Shown here: in pieces, positions 19,212-29,884 of the stretch
Layout of the letters: each line of letters begins with the position of its first letter
Numbering within the stretch: the first letter of the stretch is position 1
Origin: an uncultured Nitrososphaerota archaeon
Lineage (GTDB): Archaea > Korarchaeota > Korarchaeia > Korarchaeales > Korarchaeaceae
NCBI GenBank assembly: GCA_964618805.1
Contig: CAZUBM010000001.1
Span: 96,001-160,000, forward strand
Direction of reading: 5' to 3'
DNA: 64,000 bases
Notes under the pieces: model-generated
What the model was told of the DNA's origin: nothing
Databases searched by the model: none
What the model saw: only the letters and a program-made list of their open reading frames with translations
Position numbers and translations under genes: made by a program

Positions 19212-20149
19212 ACCCGGAAAGAACTGGTCTTGCCGTAGAGGCAAGAAACCTAACGAAGTACTATGGAAGCCTGCTTGCCGTCGATCACATCTCATTTGAA
19301 GTTAGGGAAGGGGAGATATTCGGCTTTCTTGGGCCTAACGGAGCTGGTAAAACCACCACTATCAGGATGTTGTGTGGCCTTTCCAAAATAAGCGATGGAA
19401 CAGCATATGTAAACGGATTTGATGTTATAAAGGAGAAAATAAAGGTAAAAGCGAGCATAGGCGTTGTTCCAGACATATCAAACCTTTATCCCGAACTCAC
19501 ATGTTACGACAACCTCAACTTCTCTGCTGAGATGTACGGAGTTCCAAAGAGTGAAAGAAAGGAAAGAATAATGGATCTTCTTGATTTCTTTGGGCTTATA
19601 GATAAGAAAGATGAGAAATTTGCAAACCTTTCTAAGGGGATGAAGAGGAGGGCAACTATAGCAGCTGCTCTGGTACATGAGCCTGAATTGCTCTTCTTGG
19701 ATGAGCCTACGATAGGGCTTGATGTGATGGGAAGAAGGAAGATGTGGCGTTTGATAGAGCAACTTAACGAAAAAGGCCTTACGATCTTCCTTACAACCCA
19801 TAACATAAATGAGGCATCAAGACTTAGCCACAGACTGGCGATAATAAATAAAGGAAAGATAGTGGCTGAAGGAACTCCCTCAGACCTTAAGAAGCTAATT
19901 CCGGGATCTCAAGTATTAGAGTTGAAGATAACGCCTTTCGAGAATTTCAATGAGGAGATAGCTAGCATGGAAGGTGTAGTAAAAGTTGACTTTTGGAAAG
20001 ATGGCACACTAAGGATAGTGGCAAAGGATGCTGTCGGAGTACTCCAGAAGTTGCTAAGAAGGATTGTTGAAAGGGGCCTTAGCTTAGAACTACTCAGTCT
20101 TAGAGGGGCTGAGATGGAGGAGGTATTTATCAAGCTTTTGGAGGAATGA
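19193..20149 (+). CDS. ABC-2/DrrA-type ATP-binding protein
   Basis: GPNGAGKTT, LSKGM, LFLDEPT, TTH. Confidence 0.95.
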   Translation: MQRHLVNPERTGLAVEARNLTKYYGSLLAVDHISFEVREGEIFGFLGPNGAGKTTTIRMLCGLSKISDGTAYVNGFDVIKEKIKVKASIGVVPDISNLYPELTCYDNLNFSAEMYGVPKSERKERIMDLLDFFGLIDKKDEKFANLSKGMKRRATIAAALVHEPELLFLDEPTIGLDVMGRRKMWRLIEQLNEKGLTIFLTTHNINEASRLSHRLAIINKGKIVAEGTPSDLKKLIPGSQVLELKITPFENFNEEIASMEGVVKVDFWKDGTLRIVAKDAVGVLQKLLRRIVERGLSLELLSLRGAEMEEVFIKLLEE

Positions 20150-20880
20150 GATTGATTCAATTCGGGAAGGCCTTCTACATTGCTAAGAAGGACATAAAGG
20201 AGTACTACCTCAAGCCACCTACGATAAGCTGGGGGATCCTTTTCCCTCTGGCCTTTGCCTTGACCTTCATAATAAGGAGCAGGGGAGATATACACGAGCT
20301 TGCGCCTGGACTCATATCCTTAGCCCTCTTCTTCGGAACAACTTCCATGGCCTCAGCCTCAATAGTGTTCGAGAGAAGAATTGGGGCTTTTGAGAGGTTG
20401 TTATTGTATCCGGCTTCCTACCTCGATATAGCTCTTGGAAAAGTTCTTAGCAGCTTCCTCTTCGGAACGATATCTTCTATCGCAACAATATTCTTGCTCA
20501 TTCCCCTGTTAAAGCTCAAGCCCTTAAGTATTCCCCTTCTCATAGCATCTGTTTTTTCTTCTACCTTCCTTTTTGCTTCCTTTGGCGTCCTTCTTGCCTT
20601 CGTCTCGAGGGACCCTTTCATCGCGATGACGATATTCAACTCAGTAAGATTTCCGATGATCTTCTTAAGCGGGATATTTATACCTCTGACTAGGCTCCCT
20701 CCGCCTCTAAGGGCAATATCATTACTTCTTCCTCTCACATATTCTGTTGAGGCGATAAAATACTCAGTTATCGGAACATGCTATCTAATCAACCCATTAA
20801 TTCCCTTTTCCCTAATATTAATCCTAAGCCTGCTTTTCATTTTCATCATTAAGCAGCTTATAGAGAGAAGTATACCCTAG
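20146..20880 (+). CDS. ABC-2 type permease
   Basis: ERRIGAFERL, FLSGIFIP..LP..L..PLTY. Confidence 0.92.
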   Translation: MRLIQFGKAFYIAKKDIKEYYLKPPTISWGILFPLAFALTFIIRSRGDIHELAPGLISLALFFGTTSMASASIVFERRIGAFERLLLYPASYLDIALGKVLSSFLFGTISSIATIFLLIPLLKLKPLSIPLLIASVFSSTFLFASFGVLLAFVSRDPFIAMTIFNSVRFPMIFLSGIFIPLTRLPPPLRAISLLLPLTYSVEAIKYSVIGTCYLINPLIPFSLILILSLLFIFIIKQLIERSIP

Positions 20881-20922
20881 CGTTTGAATCCCTTGCAAAA
20901 TAAGGAGATACATGAGCCTTTG

Positions 20923-21525
20923 TTATTCATCATCCTTCTGCTTCCAGCCCAACACTCTTAAGAGGAAAGGCCCTAGCTCTTTCTTAAGGCCCTCTAAGTT
21001 CTTATGGTACTTCTGATTGCTTAGAGGCTCACACTGAGAAAGTCTTGCATCTCCCTGAAGGACGCTTACAGCAAAGGCAGAACATACCTGAAAGCCGCAC
21101 TTACCGCAGTTGATCTTTGGAAGATAATTGTATATTTTCATCCATGAGATCTCTCTTGCTGCCTGTATCTCTCTCTTGCTAGGCTTCCCAAACCTCAGGT
21201 AATCTTTGTATGCCAAATTTATGATGTTCTTTATCTCATCTAATATCTCTTGGGCCTCTTTAATGTCCTTTGTGTTTGTTACTGCAACCTTGCCAGATGG
21301 ATGGAGCGTGATCATCCTGTTAAACACGTTAAGAGTTAACGTGTTTTCAGGTTCGTTATAAGAGATCTTTCCTGGAGGAAACTTTAGGAAAATAATCGGA
21401 ATTACTTCTCCAATCTCTCTATCTGCTTGTGCAGTGAACCTTATGTATCCAGGGGTCGTTATACAAGGCAAGACCTCCTTTATTTCAAATCTCTTAATAA
21501 GCTCTTGATTGGCCATATTTCTCAC
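20923..21525 (-). CDS. Fe-S-binding domain protein
   Basis: LPKINCGKCGFQVCSAFA...CEPL putative Fe-S domain. Confidence 0.85.
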   Translation of the reverse strand: MRNMANQELIKRFEIKEVLPCITTPGYIRFTAQADREIGEVIPIIFLKFPPGKISYNEPENTLTLNVFNRMITLHPSGKVAVTNTKDIKEAQEILDEIKNIINLAYKDYLRFGKPSKREIQAAREISWMKIYNYLPKINCGKCGFQVCSAFAVSVLQGDARLSQCEPLSNQKYHKNLEGLKKELGPFLLRVLGWKQKDDE

Positions 21526-21526
21526 C

Positions 21527-21620
21527 TTAAATGGGGAGATGTAACCAAGAGAAAACCCCTATCATCTTAAGGGCCATGTATATCATGACGGCTATGATGA
21601 TGATAGCGGTGGAGGGGGTT
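21527..21620 (-). pseudogene. C-terminal remnant of a membrane protein (TauE/SafE-like)
   Basis: IIIIAVMIYMALKMIGVFSWLHLPI* ends immediately upstream of the Fe-S gene. Confidence 0.45.
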
Positions 21621-22127
21621 GCGGTTAGCAGGGTTGCGGTTACAAAAAGGCTGAGAAACATGACGAATAGAGGTCTTCTCAAGGTAGGAGCGATGATAAA
21701 TCCCAACAAATTGGATTTTAAAGTGCTTTTCATAAGCATAGGAGTTGCAAATTACGAAGATCTGCAGAAGCTAGTTGAAATTTACAAGAATTGTCCAAGG
21801 ATAATTTCCTTGATCCATGCCGCAGGAGGATATAATCTTCTAGCTCTAATGTATGCTGAGGATGAGAGGACGCTAATGAGCATCCTAAGCGGTTGCTCAA
21901 TAAGGACTAGAAAAGAGGTTAGAAGGTCTGAAGTAAGCGTTGGCCGCTTTATATACCCTAAATACCTTCCAATTACCCTGTCCTCTGGAGGGGAGGACGA
22001 AGTTACTCCATGTGGACTTTCATGCGATAAGTGTGAGAGATATAATGCGGAAGAGTGCATTGGATGTCCGAGTACAAGATTCTACAGGCCCATCTGGCTT
22101 CGATCTAGGAAAAAGGAAAGGGTATAG
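21615..22127 (+). pseudogene. Lrp/AsnC regulator with Cys-rich tail, N-terminal HTH truncated
   Basis: VSRVAVTKRL...GLLK, GGYNLLA, PCGLSCDKC..C.GCP; the ORF N-terminus (21531 onward) is not HTH-like. Confidence 0.65.
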
Positions 22128-22152
22128 GTATTTTCCCTTTATGAACTCATTT

Positions 22153-23523
22153 TCATTTTGCTATTATCGTCATGCCCTCAACGACTACCTTTGGTGCCAC
22201 AAAGTTCCCTACCTGCCTTGCCTCCTTTCCCATGAGGATTATCTTCTTTAACATTTCATATGCGTTTCCTGCCATCATCACTCCCTTAACGGCGTGAGTT
22301 ATCCTTCCTTCCTTTATCCTGAAAGCTGGAGCTAGAGCGACTGAAAACTCACCTGTCTCAGGATTCGATTGATGGGCTCCTTGAACCTCCCTTATGTAAT
22401 ACCCATCCTTTACTTCTGAAATGAGTTCCTCCTCCGAGGCATCCCCAGGCTCGACTACGATGTTCGTTGGATTTATCGAGGGAACTGTGCCGTACTTCGG
22501 CAGGCCGAGCCCGCCTCCTCCTCTCCCTGCATTTCCAGTGCTCTCCTTACCAACAAGCCTAGCCCAGTAGTTATCGTAGATGAAACCTGAAAGAACTCCT
22601 CTCTCAATTATCGGAGTCCTCTGACAAGGAACCCCTTCCAAATCTGCCTTTGCTGAATAAAGTCCTCCAGGAAGAGTTCCATCGTCGTATATGCTCAGGA
22701 TCTCCGAAGCAACCTTCTCTCCAACCTTATTCTTGTAGGCGCTCTTCCCCCTGTAAACGTTGTCTCCCTTTATGGCCTCAACGAAAGTGTAGGTAAGGAT
22801 GCTCTGCAGAGCAAATGGGTCCAATAGAACTCTGAACTTACCTGGTTCCGCAGGTCCGACGTTCGTAGACTTAACCGCAAGGCTTCCCGCCTCTCTTCCC
22901 ACCCACTCCGGGTCTATCTCGTACTTCCTCTTGGCAAGGAATTCGTAACACATTGGAGATACTTGAGTTTCTGACCTCGCCATTGCAGCCATGTAAGTTG
23001 CTATTCCAGTTCCCTTATCGTATACCTCCACACCATGACTGTTAGCACAGGCTAGCTCTAGCACGTAGATTTGAGTCCCTCCAAATGCCGGTAATACATT
23101 TGGACCTATGCCAAATGTTGCTTCAATTGCCCTTTGAGATAGTTCTACCGTAGTATCAGATGTAAGTTCCTCGATCCTCTTGTCATAAGTCTCTTGAACA
23201 ACAGGATATGCTTTAGGAGAGGGCAATGACCTCCAATTCTTGTCCTTTGGGCTCGATTTTGCAGCCTTTAAGGCCCTATTAGCCATCTCCTTTGCGCTTT
23301 CTTCGGTTAGAACGTTTGTAAATGCAAATCCTATTCTTCCATTCAATATCACCCTTACAGCTATGCCAACATCGGCTATGTCGCTACAGCTCTTTATCTG
23401 TCCTCTTTCAACCTCAGTTCCAACGGACCTTTCGCCTAAAACAAGTGCCTCTGCTTCAGAGGCGCCTAACTTCATCGCTTCCTCAACAGCTTTCTTGCAC
23501 AAATCGAGATAAATAGAGCTCAA
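22153..23523 (-). CDS. pmbA: PmbA/TldE protein
   Basis: DLEGVPCQRTPIIERGVL, STGNA, NPETGEFS; lacks HExxH. Confidence 0.9.
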   Translation of the reverse strand: MSSIYLDLCKKAVEEAMKLGASEAEALVLGERSVGTEVERGQIKSCSDIADVGIAVRVILNGRIGFAFTNVLTEESAKEMANRALKAAKSSPKDKNWRSLPSPKAYPVVQETYDKRIEELTSDTTVELSQRAIEATFGIGPNVLPAFGGTQIYVLELACANSHGVEVYDKGTGIATYMAAMARSETQVSPMCYEFLAKRKYEIDPEWVGREAGSLAVKSTNVGPAEPGKFRVLLDPFALQSILTYTFVEAIKGDNVYRGKSAYKNKVGEKVASEILSIYDDGTLPGGLYSAKADLEGVPCQRTPIIERGVLSGFIYDNYWARLVGKESTGNAGRGGGGLGLPKYGTVPSINPTNIVVEPGDASEEELISEVKDGYYIREVQGAHQSNPETGEFSVALAPAFRIKEGRITHAVKGVMMAGNAYEMLKKIILMGKEARQVGNFVAPKVVVEGMTIIAK

Positions 23524-23524
23524 C

Positions 23525-24928
23525 TTAATATCCCCCTATGGTTATCTCCTTAACCCTTAGATGAGGCCCTCCTGATGATACGAATGCAGACTGGCCCTTT
23601 CCGCATCTTCCACATTCAAGACCGAAGTCCTTTCCGCATGCGTCCACCTTTGCCAGAGTTTCTAGCGTGTTTCCGGATATGCCAAGGTTTCTGACGGGTT
23701 CGCCGAGCTCACCATTTACTATCTCAAAGGCGCTTTGAACCCCAACAGTGAAAGTCCCGTCTAAGTTGGCTTGGCCTCCCCTAAAGGCTTCTAGGTAGTA
23801 TCCAAACTTTATCCCCTCTAGAAGTTCTTCAAAGCTGTAATCTCCCCTTTCAAAGCATGTGTTCCTCATCCTAATTATGGGTGGAACTCTGAAGTCCTGA
23901 GCCCTTGCATTTCCCGTTGGCTCAGCTCCCATCTTAGCAGCAGTCTCCCTGTTGTGCATCAGCCCCATCAAAACACCTTTCTCGATCAAGATCGTCTTCC
24001 TACCCGGCACACCTTCGTCATCGTACTTTATGTATCCAAATCCCTCTTCCATGAGCGCATCATCGTATATCGTTACTACATCGCTTGCTATCTTTTGCCC
24101 AAGCTTCCCCATTATTATACTACCAGCAAGCGTTAAGTCGGCCTCGCAAAGATGTCCAAGAGCCTCATGAGCGAGAACTCCCACTATATCAGTGCCTATT
24201 ACCGCTGGAAACCTCCCTCCTTTTGGGGTCTTTGCCTCTAGCTGCTGAATAACCCTCTTGCTAACCCTATTTGATATCTTTTCAGGGGTTTCAATGTCAA
24301 AAAGCTCGTACCCGTGAGTTCCAAGCTCATCCCTTGCGCTTGCCATTATCCCGTTTCCAACGCCCGTAACCCAGCAGTAGTTCCAGACATAGTCCTTTTT
24401 CTGCTCTATGTAGGTTCCCTCAGTTGTTGCAATTATCTCATTTGTTGAGATGTCTGCATACCTTATTGTAACGCTCTTTATCCTAGGATCATATGCAAAG
24501 GAAAGCCTATCTATCTCAAGCAGGTTGGATAGCTTCTCTGATATTTCGACCTGAGTTGGATCCTTTTTTGCAAGGGAGCCAACCTTGTCCTCGACCGCTT
24601 TAACTTCTGCAAGTCTTACCGGCTCCTTTATGTTCCTACTTGAAGCTCTGGCCATTTTAAATGCTGATTCTGCTGCTCTCTTTAGGTCTTCTTTCTTCAG
24701 AGAGCTTGATACAGAGAAGCCCCAAGCGCCGTTTACTAGGACCCTTATTCCAGCACCCATCTCTTTTGCAGATGTTACCGCCTCAACAAGCCCATCTCTA
24801 GTAGTTATGAGTGTCTTATTCGTTTTTTCTACCCTTATTTCCCCATATTCGGCTCCCTTATTTGTAAGGGAGCTCAAAACCGAGAAAAGAACGTCTTTCA
24901 TTCCATCTCCTCCTGTTCTTAGTTCCAC
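23525..24928 (-). CDS. tldD: TldD metalloprotease
   Basis: AHEALGH, YDDEG, PIIRMRNT, CGKGQ...GGPH. Confidence 0.93.
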   Translation of the reverse strand: MELRTGGDGMKDVLFSVLSSLTNKGAEYGEIRVEKTNKTLITTRDGLVEAVTSAKEMGAGIRVLVNGAWGFSVSSSLKKEDLKRAAESAFKMARASSRNIKEPVRLAEVKAVEDKVGSLAKKDPTQVEISEKLSNLLEIDRLSFAYDPRIKSVTIRYADISTNEIIATTEGTYIEQKKDYVWNYCWVTGVGNGIMASARDELGTHGYELFDIETPEKISNRVSKRVIQQLEAKTPKGGRFPAVIGTDIVGVLAHEALGHLCEADLTLAGSIIMGKLGQKIASDVVTIYDDALMEEGFGYIKYDDEGVPGRKTILIEKGVLMGLMHNRETAAKMGAEPTGNARAQDFRVPPIIRMRNTCFERGDYSFEELLEGIKFGYYLEAFRGGQANLDGTFTVGVQSAFEIVNGELGEPVRNLGISGNTLETLAKVDACGKDFGLECGRCGKGQSAFVSSGGPHLRVKEITIGGY

Positions 24929-25089
24929 TTGTTAGTCCAATTCAATCTAAATAAGATGACTCACAAGATGAGCCTATTTGACTGTGTTGTAAATTGTAAT
25001 TAGGTTAAGAAACATAAGAAAAATATTTGTAGTAGGAGATTGGCGTCAATTTATCGGTTAAAATACACCTTAGGACATGAAAATCGTAC

Positions 25090-25893
25090 TTATCTGAAAA
25101 GATCCCTCTCTAGGGGTCTTATAAGATCTTTAGCACTCCCATCTCCCTTAGGATAGTCGTATCCGCGTATTATTACGACTGGGATTCCCTCTGACTTGCC
25201 CTTTGCCAGCTCAGCTGCTGCAGCAAGCTCATCTGCAACTGCCATCCTAGTTACCCTTAATGTGTAGCCGAACATGTCAGCTTGACCACGGTAGTCCCTA
25301 AATGGGCTCATTCCGGCGATTCCTACGGCAAAGTCAATGTGTCCTAGCCTCCAAGGTCTTCCCCAAGTATCAGTAATTATTACGGCAGGGCTTTTACCGG
25401 TTAATTCCTTTATCCTGCTCCTTATTTCCCTTGCAGATTTATCAGGATCCTCAGGAAGAAGTGAGACGAAGTCCTCTCCCTCCACGTTAGACCTATCAAC
25501 TCCAGCGTTTGCACAAACGAAGCCGTGCTTGGTCTCCATGATGAGACGACGATCCTTCATCCTAATGATCCTGCTAGTCTCCCTTAGGATTACCTCAACA
25601 AGCCTAGGATCCTTGTTCATGTTCCTTGCTACGTGCTCAGCAAATTCAGATGGAATCACGTCTTTAAGTGAGACGAGCCTTCCTTCAGCCTTTGAGACTA
25701 TTTTTTGTGTTATCACAATCACATCCTCATCCCTTATCTCAATGCCCTGTTCCTCAGCCGCCCTAACTATTATCTGGCCCAGATCATCCCCCGGCTTTAT
25801 AAGCGGAATTCCCTTCAGTCCGATGATGCTAATCATCCCAAATCGATTTAATCCGTTTTTATTAAATTTAGATTTAGAGTCATTCACAGACAA
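25090..25893 (-). CDS. cofE: Coenzyme F420-0:L-glutamate ligase
   Basis: PGDDL, QKIVSKAEG, ANAGVDRSN, DTWGRPWR, ADELA; likely start near MISIIG. Confidence 0.93.
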   Translation of the reverse strand: MSVNDSKSKFNKNGLNRFGMISIIGLKGIPLIKPGDDLGQIIVRAAEEQGIEIRDEDVIVITQKIVSKAEGRLVSLKDVIPSEFAEHVARNMNKDPRLVEVILRETSRIIRMKDRRLIMETKHGFVCANAGVDRSNVEGEDFVSLLPEDPDKSAREIRSRIKELTGKSPAVIITDTWGRPWRLGHIDFAVGIAGMSPFRDYRGQADMFGYTLRVTRMAVADELAAAAELAKGKSEGIPVVIIRGYDYPKGDGSAKDLIRPLERDLFR

Positions 25894-26203
25894 ATCCTCA
25901 TAGGGGATTCCTTTCCCTATTTCAACTTCTTCTTAATCATATCATGTGTTAGAGACCTTTTTCTCTTTTTCCCTGTCTTCTAAATTATTATTGCCCTAAT
26001 TGGGATGATTACCCTAATTTCACTTCTAAGCTTAACAGGCAAGCAATCCTCCTAATTTGATACAGATTTTAGGCTTCTCTCATGTAGCCAATCTTTCTAG
26101 AGCTTATGTAAGAGCTGACAATGCTTTCAGCTTCTTTCTTCCTTTAGGAAGAAAAAGAAAACCAAAATAGATTAGATCAAACTAAAATTTAAACAAAAGG
26201 AGA

Positions 26204-26605
26204 TCACAAAATGAGCCTGCTTGACATCATGTCAAAATCCTCATCAGTAAGCTCAAACTCATACTTCAACTTGGCATTCATTACGGCCTCAACGAACCCG
26301 TCAGATGCATCTATCTCCATGTTCAGGAGCTTAGATAACTTGAACAATATTGAGCTCTCAATTATCATCGAACCCTCTCCAAACATTAACTGGAGCGCTT
26401 GATGAAGCAGGCTTGGATTATCCAAAAGGTCTCTATAAGAGACGCCAAGGATCTCTGTTATTGAATCTAATATCTCATCACATACTCCGTCCCTAAATAT
26501 GGTCCTCAGTGATTCCTCTATGGCCTTAGCGAAGAGCCTGCTGAAGTCCTTAGTCAGGGCCAGTTGGTATGTATTCACCGACACCACCTTATGGGTCTCG
26601 ACCAA
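26204..26605 (-). CDS. DUF3227/NitrOD5-like small helical protein
   Basis: AIEESLRTIF...NPSLLHQALQLMFGEGSMIIE...GFVEAV; paralog of 33525-33890. Confidence 0.7.
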   Translation of the reverse strand: MVETHKVVSVNTYQLALTKDFSRLFAKAIEESLRTIFRDGVCDEILDSITEILGVSYRDLLDNPSLLHQALQLMFGEGSMIIESSILFKLSKLLNMEIDASDGFVEAVMNAKLKYEFELTDEDFDMMSSRLIL

Positions 26606-26650
26606 TCAGTCGATTATTAATTATAATCAATTGATTGTATTTAAGCTTTT

Positions 26651-26700
26651 GCGTGGAACGGGCTGGAACAGAATGGAAAAGACTTATAGGAAGATGTATA
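26651..26700. promoter_or_regulatory. Phased 10-bp repeats upstream of the TATA box of 26204-26605
   Basis: gcgtggaacg ggctggaaca gaatggaaaa, next to tttaagctttt. Confidence 0.5.
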
Positions 26701-27237
26701 TCAAGCAGAATTCTCTTTAACTTCTAATTCCCTTTCTAAATTGCTTGTTGATTTTCCATCATGGGAGTACCTTTAAGCTCACACAAAGATGGATCAAAAG
26801 TACCACAGGTGAAGCTTAGGAATACTTTTTAGAGGATCCTATTCGGCCTTTAGCATAAAGTGCAAAAGTTTTTCCTTAACTCTATGATTTTATCGAGCCA
26901 AAATGTTGCATTTCGTATTAAATGATAAAGGATTGACATTTCTAGGTGTTCCATGGTTACGTTGAAACGATAAACCACTATGACCAGTCCGGATAACGCC
27001 TAAGGTATTCTCTTAATTCATAAGTTTTAGAGCTTCCGTACTATGGAGATACATCAAGTAAGCGTGTTGAGATCACTTAAATGAAAAGCTTCAAGTATTC
27101 ACATAATCATGACTCATTTAAAGGAATTTATAGCTAGCTTAGCTTAAAGCGATGGCTAACATTATTGCAAAGCAAAAGCAAAAGAGGGGATTAAGCTGAG
27201 AAGAAAAGAAAAATTCCTTCTTTTTGTTACAACCAAC

Positions 27238-28191
27238 TCATATTAGGACCTCTACTCCAGGAACTCTTGGGAATACCTGAACGTCCTTTATGTGTTTGGC
27301 TCCTACTAGAAACCTTAGAAACCTTTCAACTCCTAACCCAGCACCCGCACTTGGCTTCAACAATCCTCTTTTTGCTATTTCAAGGAAATCCTTATAGCTA
27401 TCAGGGGAAAGACCATCCCCCTTTATCCTTCTCAGAATCCTTTCGTACTCCCACTCCCTCTCCCCTCCCGATAGTCCCTCTCCAAAGCCCTCGGGGTATA
27501 TCAAATCGTAGTTCCTGAAATGGCCCGGTCTTTCAGGATCCTCTCTGTCATAGAACTCCCTATCGTGGTCAATCACCCAGAACGGTTCTTTGTGCTCCCT
27601 GGAAGCAGGCAGTTCCCAATCATCTCCGTACCTTTCTCTTATCTCATGGGTCGTGTATACCTTGAATGGTTTCTTAGGAACCCTTAAATCCCTTTCAAAT
27701 AGTTCTAACTCCTCTTTTCTATCAGTTTTCACTGTTTTTATCGTTTCTATCACTAAATCCTCAACTAAAGACATTATCTGTTCCATAGTCCCATAAGCTA
27801 CCTCGAAGTCCATTTGAGTGAACTCAAAAAGGTGCTTTCCGGTCGAAAACCTTTCTTTCCTCTCCAACCTAACGTTCGGCGACATTATGTAGATCTTGTC
27901 AGCCCCGGTTAGGAGAGCAAGCTGCTTGTGCAACAACATGCTTTGAGTGAGCACAAGCTCCTGATCATAGTACTTTATCCTTGGAACTGCTATTACCCCA
28001 CTTCCTGGATCGGGTGCTAAAGGATCGGTGAATTTTGAAGTTATAACGGGCATTAGCTGGAGGAACCCCCTTGAGGTCATGAAATCATGGATTGCCTTCA
28101 GCATTGTGGTCTGAATCCTGATAAAAGGCAAGAGCAGGCCCGAACTCATCCTTTCTACCACATCCATTACATGAACCTGAGATTTCATCAT
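27238..28191 (-). CDS. asnA: Archaeal asparagine synthetase A (AsnRS-like, no anticodon domain)
   Basis: TDPLAPDP, LTQSMLLHKQ, SPNVRLE, HLFEFTQMDFE, SGGERE, GAGLGVER. Confidence 0.92.
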   Translation of the reverse strand: MMKSQVHVMDVVERMSSGLLLPFIRIQTTMLKAIHDFMTSRGFLQLMPVITSKFTDPLAPDPGSGVIAVPRIKYYDQELVLTQSMLLHKQLALLTGADKIYIMSPNVRLERKERFSTGKHLFEFTQMDFEVAYGTMEQIMSLVEDLVIETIKTVKTDRKEELELFERDLRVPKKPFKVYTTHEIRERYGDDWELPASREHKEPFWVIDHDREFYDREDPERPGHFRNYDLIYPEGFGEGLSGGEREWEYERILRRIKGDGLSPDSYKDFLEIAKRGLLKPSAGAGLGVERFLRFLVGAKHIKDVQVFPRVPGVEVLI

Positions 28192-28520
28192 CGGTTCAGA
28201 GTAGGAGCTCCGCTTTTAGGATTTTACTAAGAAATCATGGAAAATTTACAAAAACTGGCTTATTAAGCCATCTATTTTTGGATTTTTTACAACCATGTGA
28301 TATCAAGGGAAGGTATTCTGAGAGGTTAGTTAGGTTATCTAAAGGAAGTGCATCACTATCATCTTTACAGAACGTATTACATAACGTGTTATCGATTGAA
28401 TGTAGCCTCTATTGCAGAAAATATCCAAAGCTCCCTTATAGGATGTTTTGACTTCTTTGATGATAAAGTTTTAAACTAGTCCTAGGAATGAAGCAGGGCT
28501 TCTTGTTTAGCCCATAAAAG

Positions 28521-28790
28521 GTGAAAAACATGTCAGCAGGTCGCGTTGGGGTTCCTATGACAGATAGAATCCTAGAATTTTTAGAGGAGCGAAATCCAGG
28601 CTCTAAAGCAGCCATATGGCGTATCTTCTATCCGATGAGGGATGAGGATCCCATAGAGGTTGCAGTAAAACCGGGAGCTCTCTCTGGGGAGATGCTCGAG
28701 TTAACGTATGAAGATAAAGCCATCATTGTAAAAGAAGAAACAAAGCCAGCTCCTAGAAGAGAAAGGGAGCCTAGAAGGAACCGATATTAG
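28521..28790 (+). CDS. Small hypothetical protein
   Basis: 89 aa ORF with plausible TATA (ttttaaa) upstream. Confidence 0.65.
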   Translation: MKNMSAGRVGVPMTDRILEFLEERNPGSKAAIWRIFYPMRDEDPIEVAVKPGALSGEMLELTYEDKAIIVKEETKPAPRREREPRRNRY

Positions 28791-29179
28791 ATTAACTAAG
28801 TCCAAGGTCTGGAATCTGACCGGAAAGGCCAAAAGAGCTATTAGCTTGAAATCTGCTAAGTCCAAAGCAGATGTCTGGCTTAATGTTAACAACTTAGAGG
28901 ATGCTATGCGTCAGATGTAGGTTTGCTGCTTAAACTAAGCGGCTAGTCCTCGATATTGAAATAGGAAAATGTAAAAACAAAAAAGATCACTCCTATAGCG
29001 TAGTCTGAGCTGGGAATAAAAGCACCTCTTATACATCTTTCTTCCCACTTTACTTCTAGCCTTTTTAGCACTTTATGCACGTCTTTTCTACGCTCATTAC
29101 AGGAGTGGATTATAGAAAAGAAAATCTTCAGATACTCCTATATCTTTATAGGATATAGGAGAAAACTCCGTTTGTATCT

Positions 29180-29404
29180 TTACTCAATTAGCTTAACGTT
29201 AACGGCTCTAGGGCCCCTGTTCGTTGTCTTCACTTCAAACTCTACCTTCTGTCCTTCTGCTAGTTCATCTGCTTCCTCTATATCTGATTGGTGGACAAAG
29301 ATATCTTCTCCTCCGCCATCAGGTCCTATGAAGCCGTAACCCCTATCAATGAGCCATTTTTTGACAGTACCTTTCAAAAGTTTTTTCACCTCCATTAAAA
29401 TCAT
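29180..29404 (-). CDS. cspA: Cold-shock domain protein
   Basis: GTVKKW...GYGFI...DIFVHQSDI...GQKVEF...GPRAVNV. Confidence 0.92.
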   Translation of the reverse strand: MILMEVKKLLKGTVKKWLIDRGYGFIGPDGGGEDIFVHQSDIEEADELAEGQKVEFEVKTTNRGPRAVNVKLIE

Positions 29405-29485
29405 GGGTCAAAGAGCATATTATACTTGAGCATAATTTCAAGCGAGATATACCCAATACTCATGAAAATTTCCCTAAACATAAGA

Positions 29486-29884
29486 TCATCTAGCTATGAA
29501 CCTTACTCCATCCCTCTCAAACCTAATCTCAACCTTGTCTATCACGTCGAGCCTGCCAAGAACGTGAGGGATGTTCTCCTCATCTGAAAACCCTACTCTT
29601 GCCTTGAATTCAATTTCTCCTATTATCACCGTAACCTCATGTACTCTTACTGGTATTTCATGCCTTGTTGCGCTTAAAAGGAAAGCTTTCTCTCCTTCCT
29701 CATATTCTAGCCCCAAAAGTTCGCAGACGCTCTTGGGGAAGACAGACATTATTGCTCCGCTATCGATGGTTGCAAAAAGCTTGACATATCTCTGGTGCTT
29801 AAGGACAAGTTCTATCAGTGGGTGTTTTATCTCACCCAAGACATCGTGAGTCAGCCTTCTGTAAGGGAAGAACGCCTGCTTCAT
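29486..29884 (-). CDS. Retropepsin-like aspartyl protease
   Basis: ATIDSGA catalytic motif and VLGRLD. Confidence 0.8.
   Translation of the reverse strand: MKQAFFPYRRLTHDVLGEIKHPLIELVLKHQRYVKLFATIDSGAIMSVFPKSVCELLGLEYEEGEKAFLLSATRHEIPVRVHEVTVIIGEIEFKARVGFSDEENIPHVLGRLDVIDKVEIRFERDGVRFIAR

Noticed and set aside
28796-28866. Repeated ctaagtccaa downstream of the 89-aa gene
   Set aside because: Only two 10-bp copies; not an array.
27238-29404. AsnRS-like asparagine synthetase and a bacterial-type Csp in an archaeon, as novelties
   Set aside because: Both are already known in archaea.
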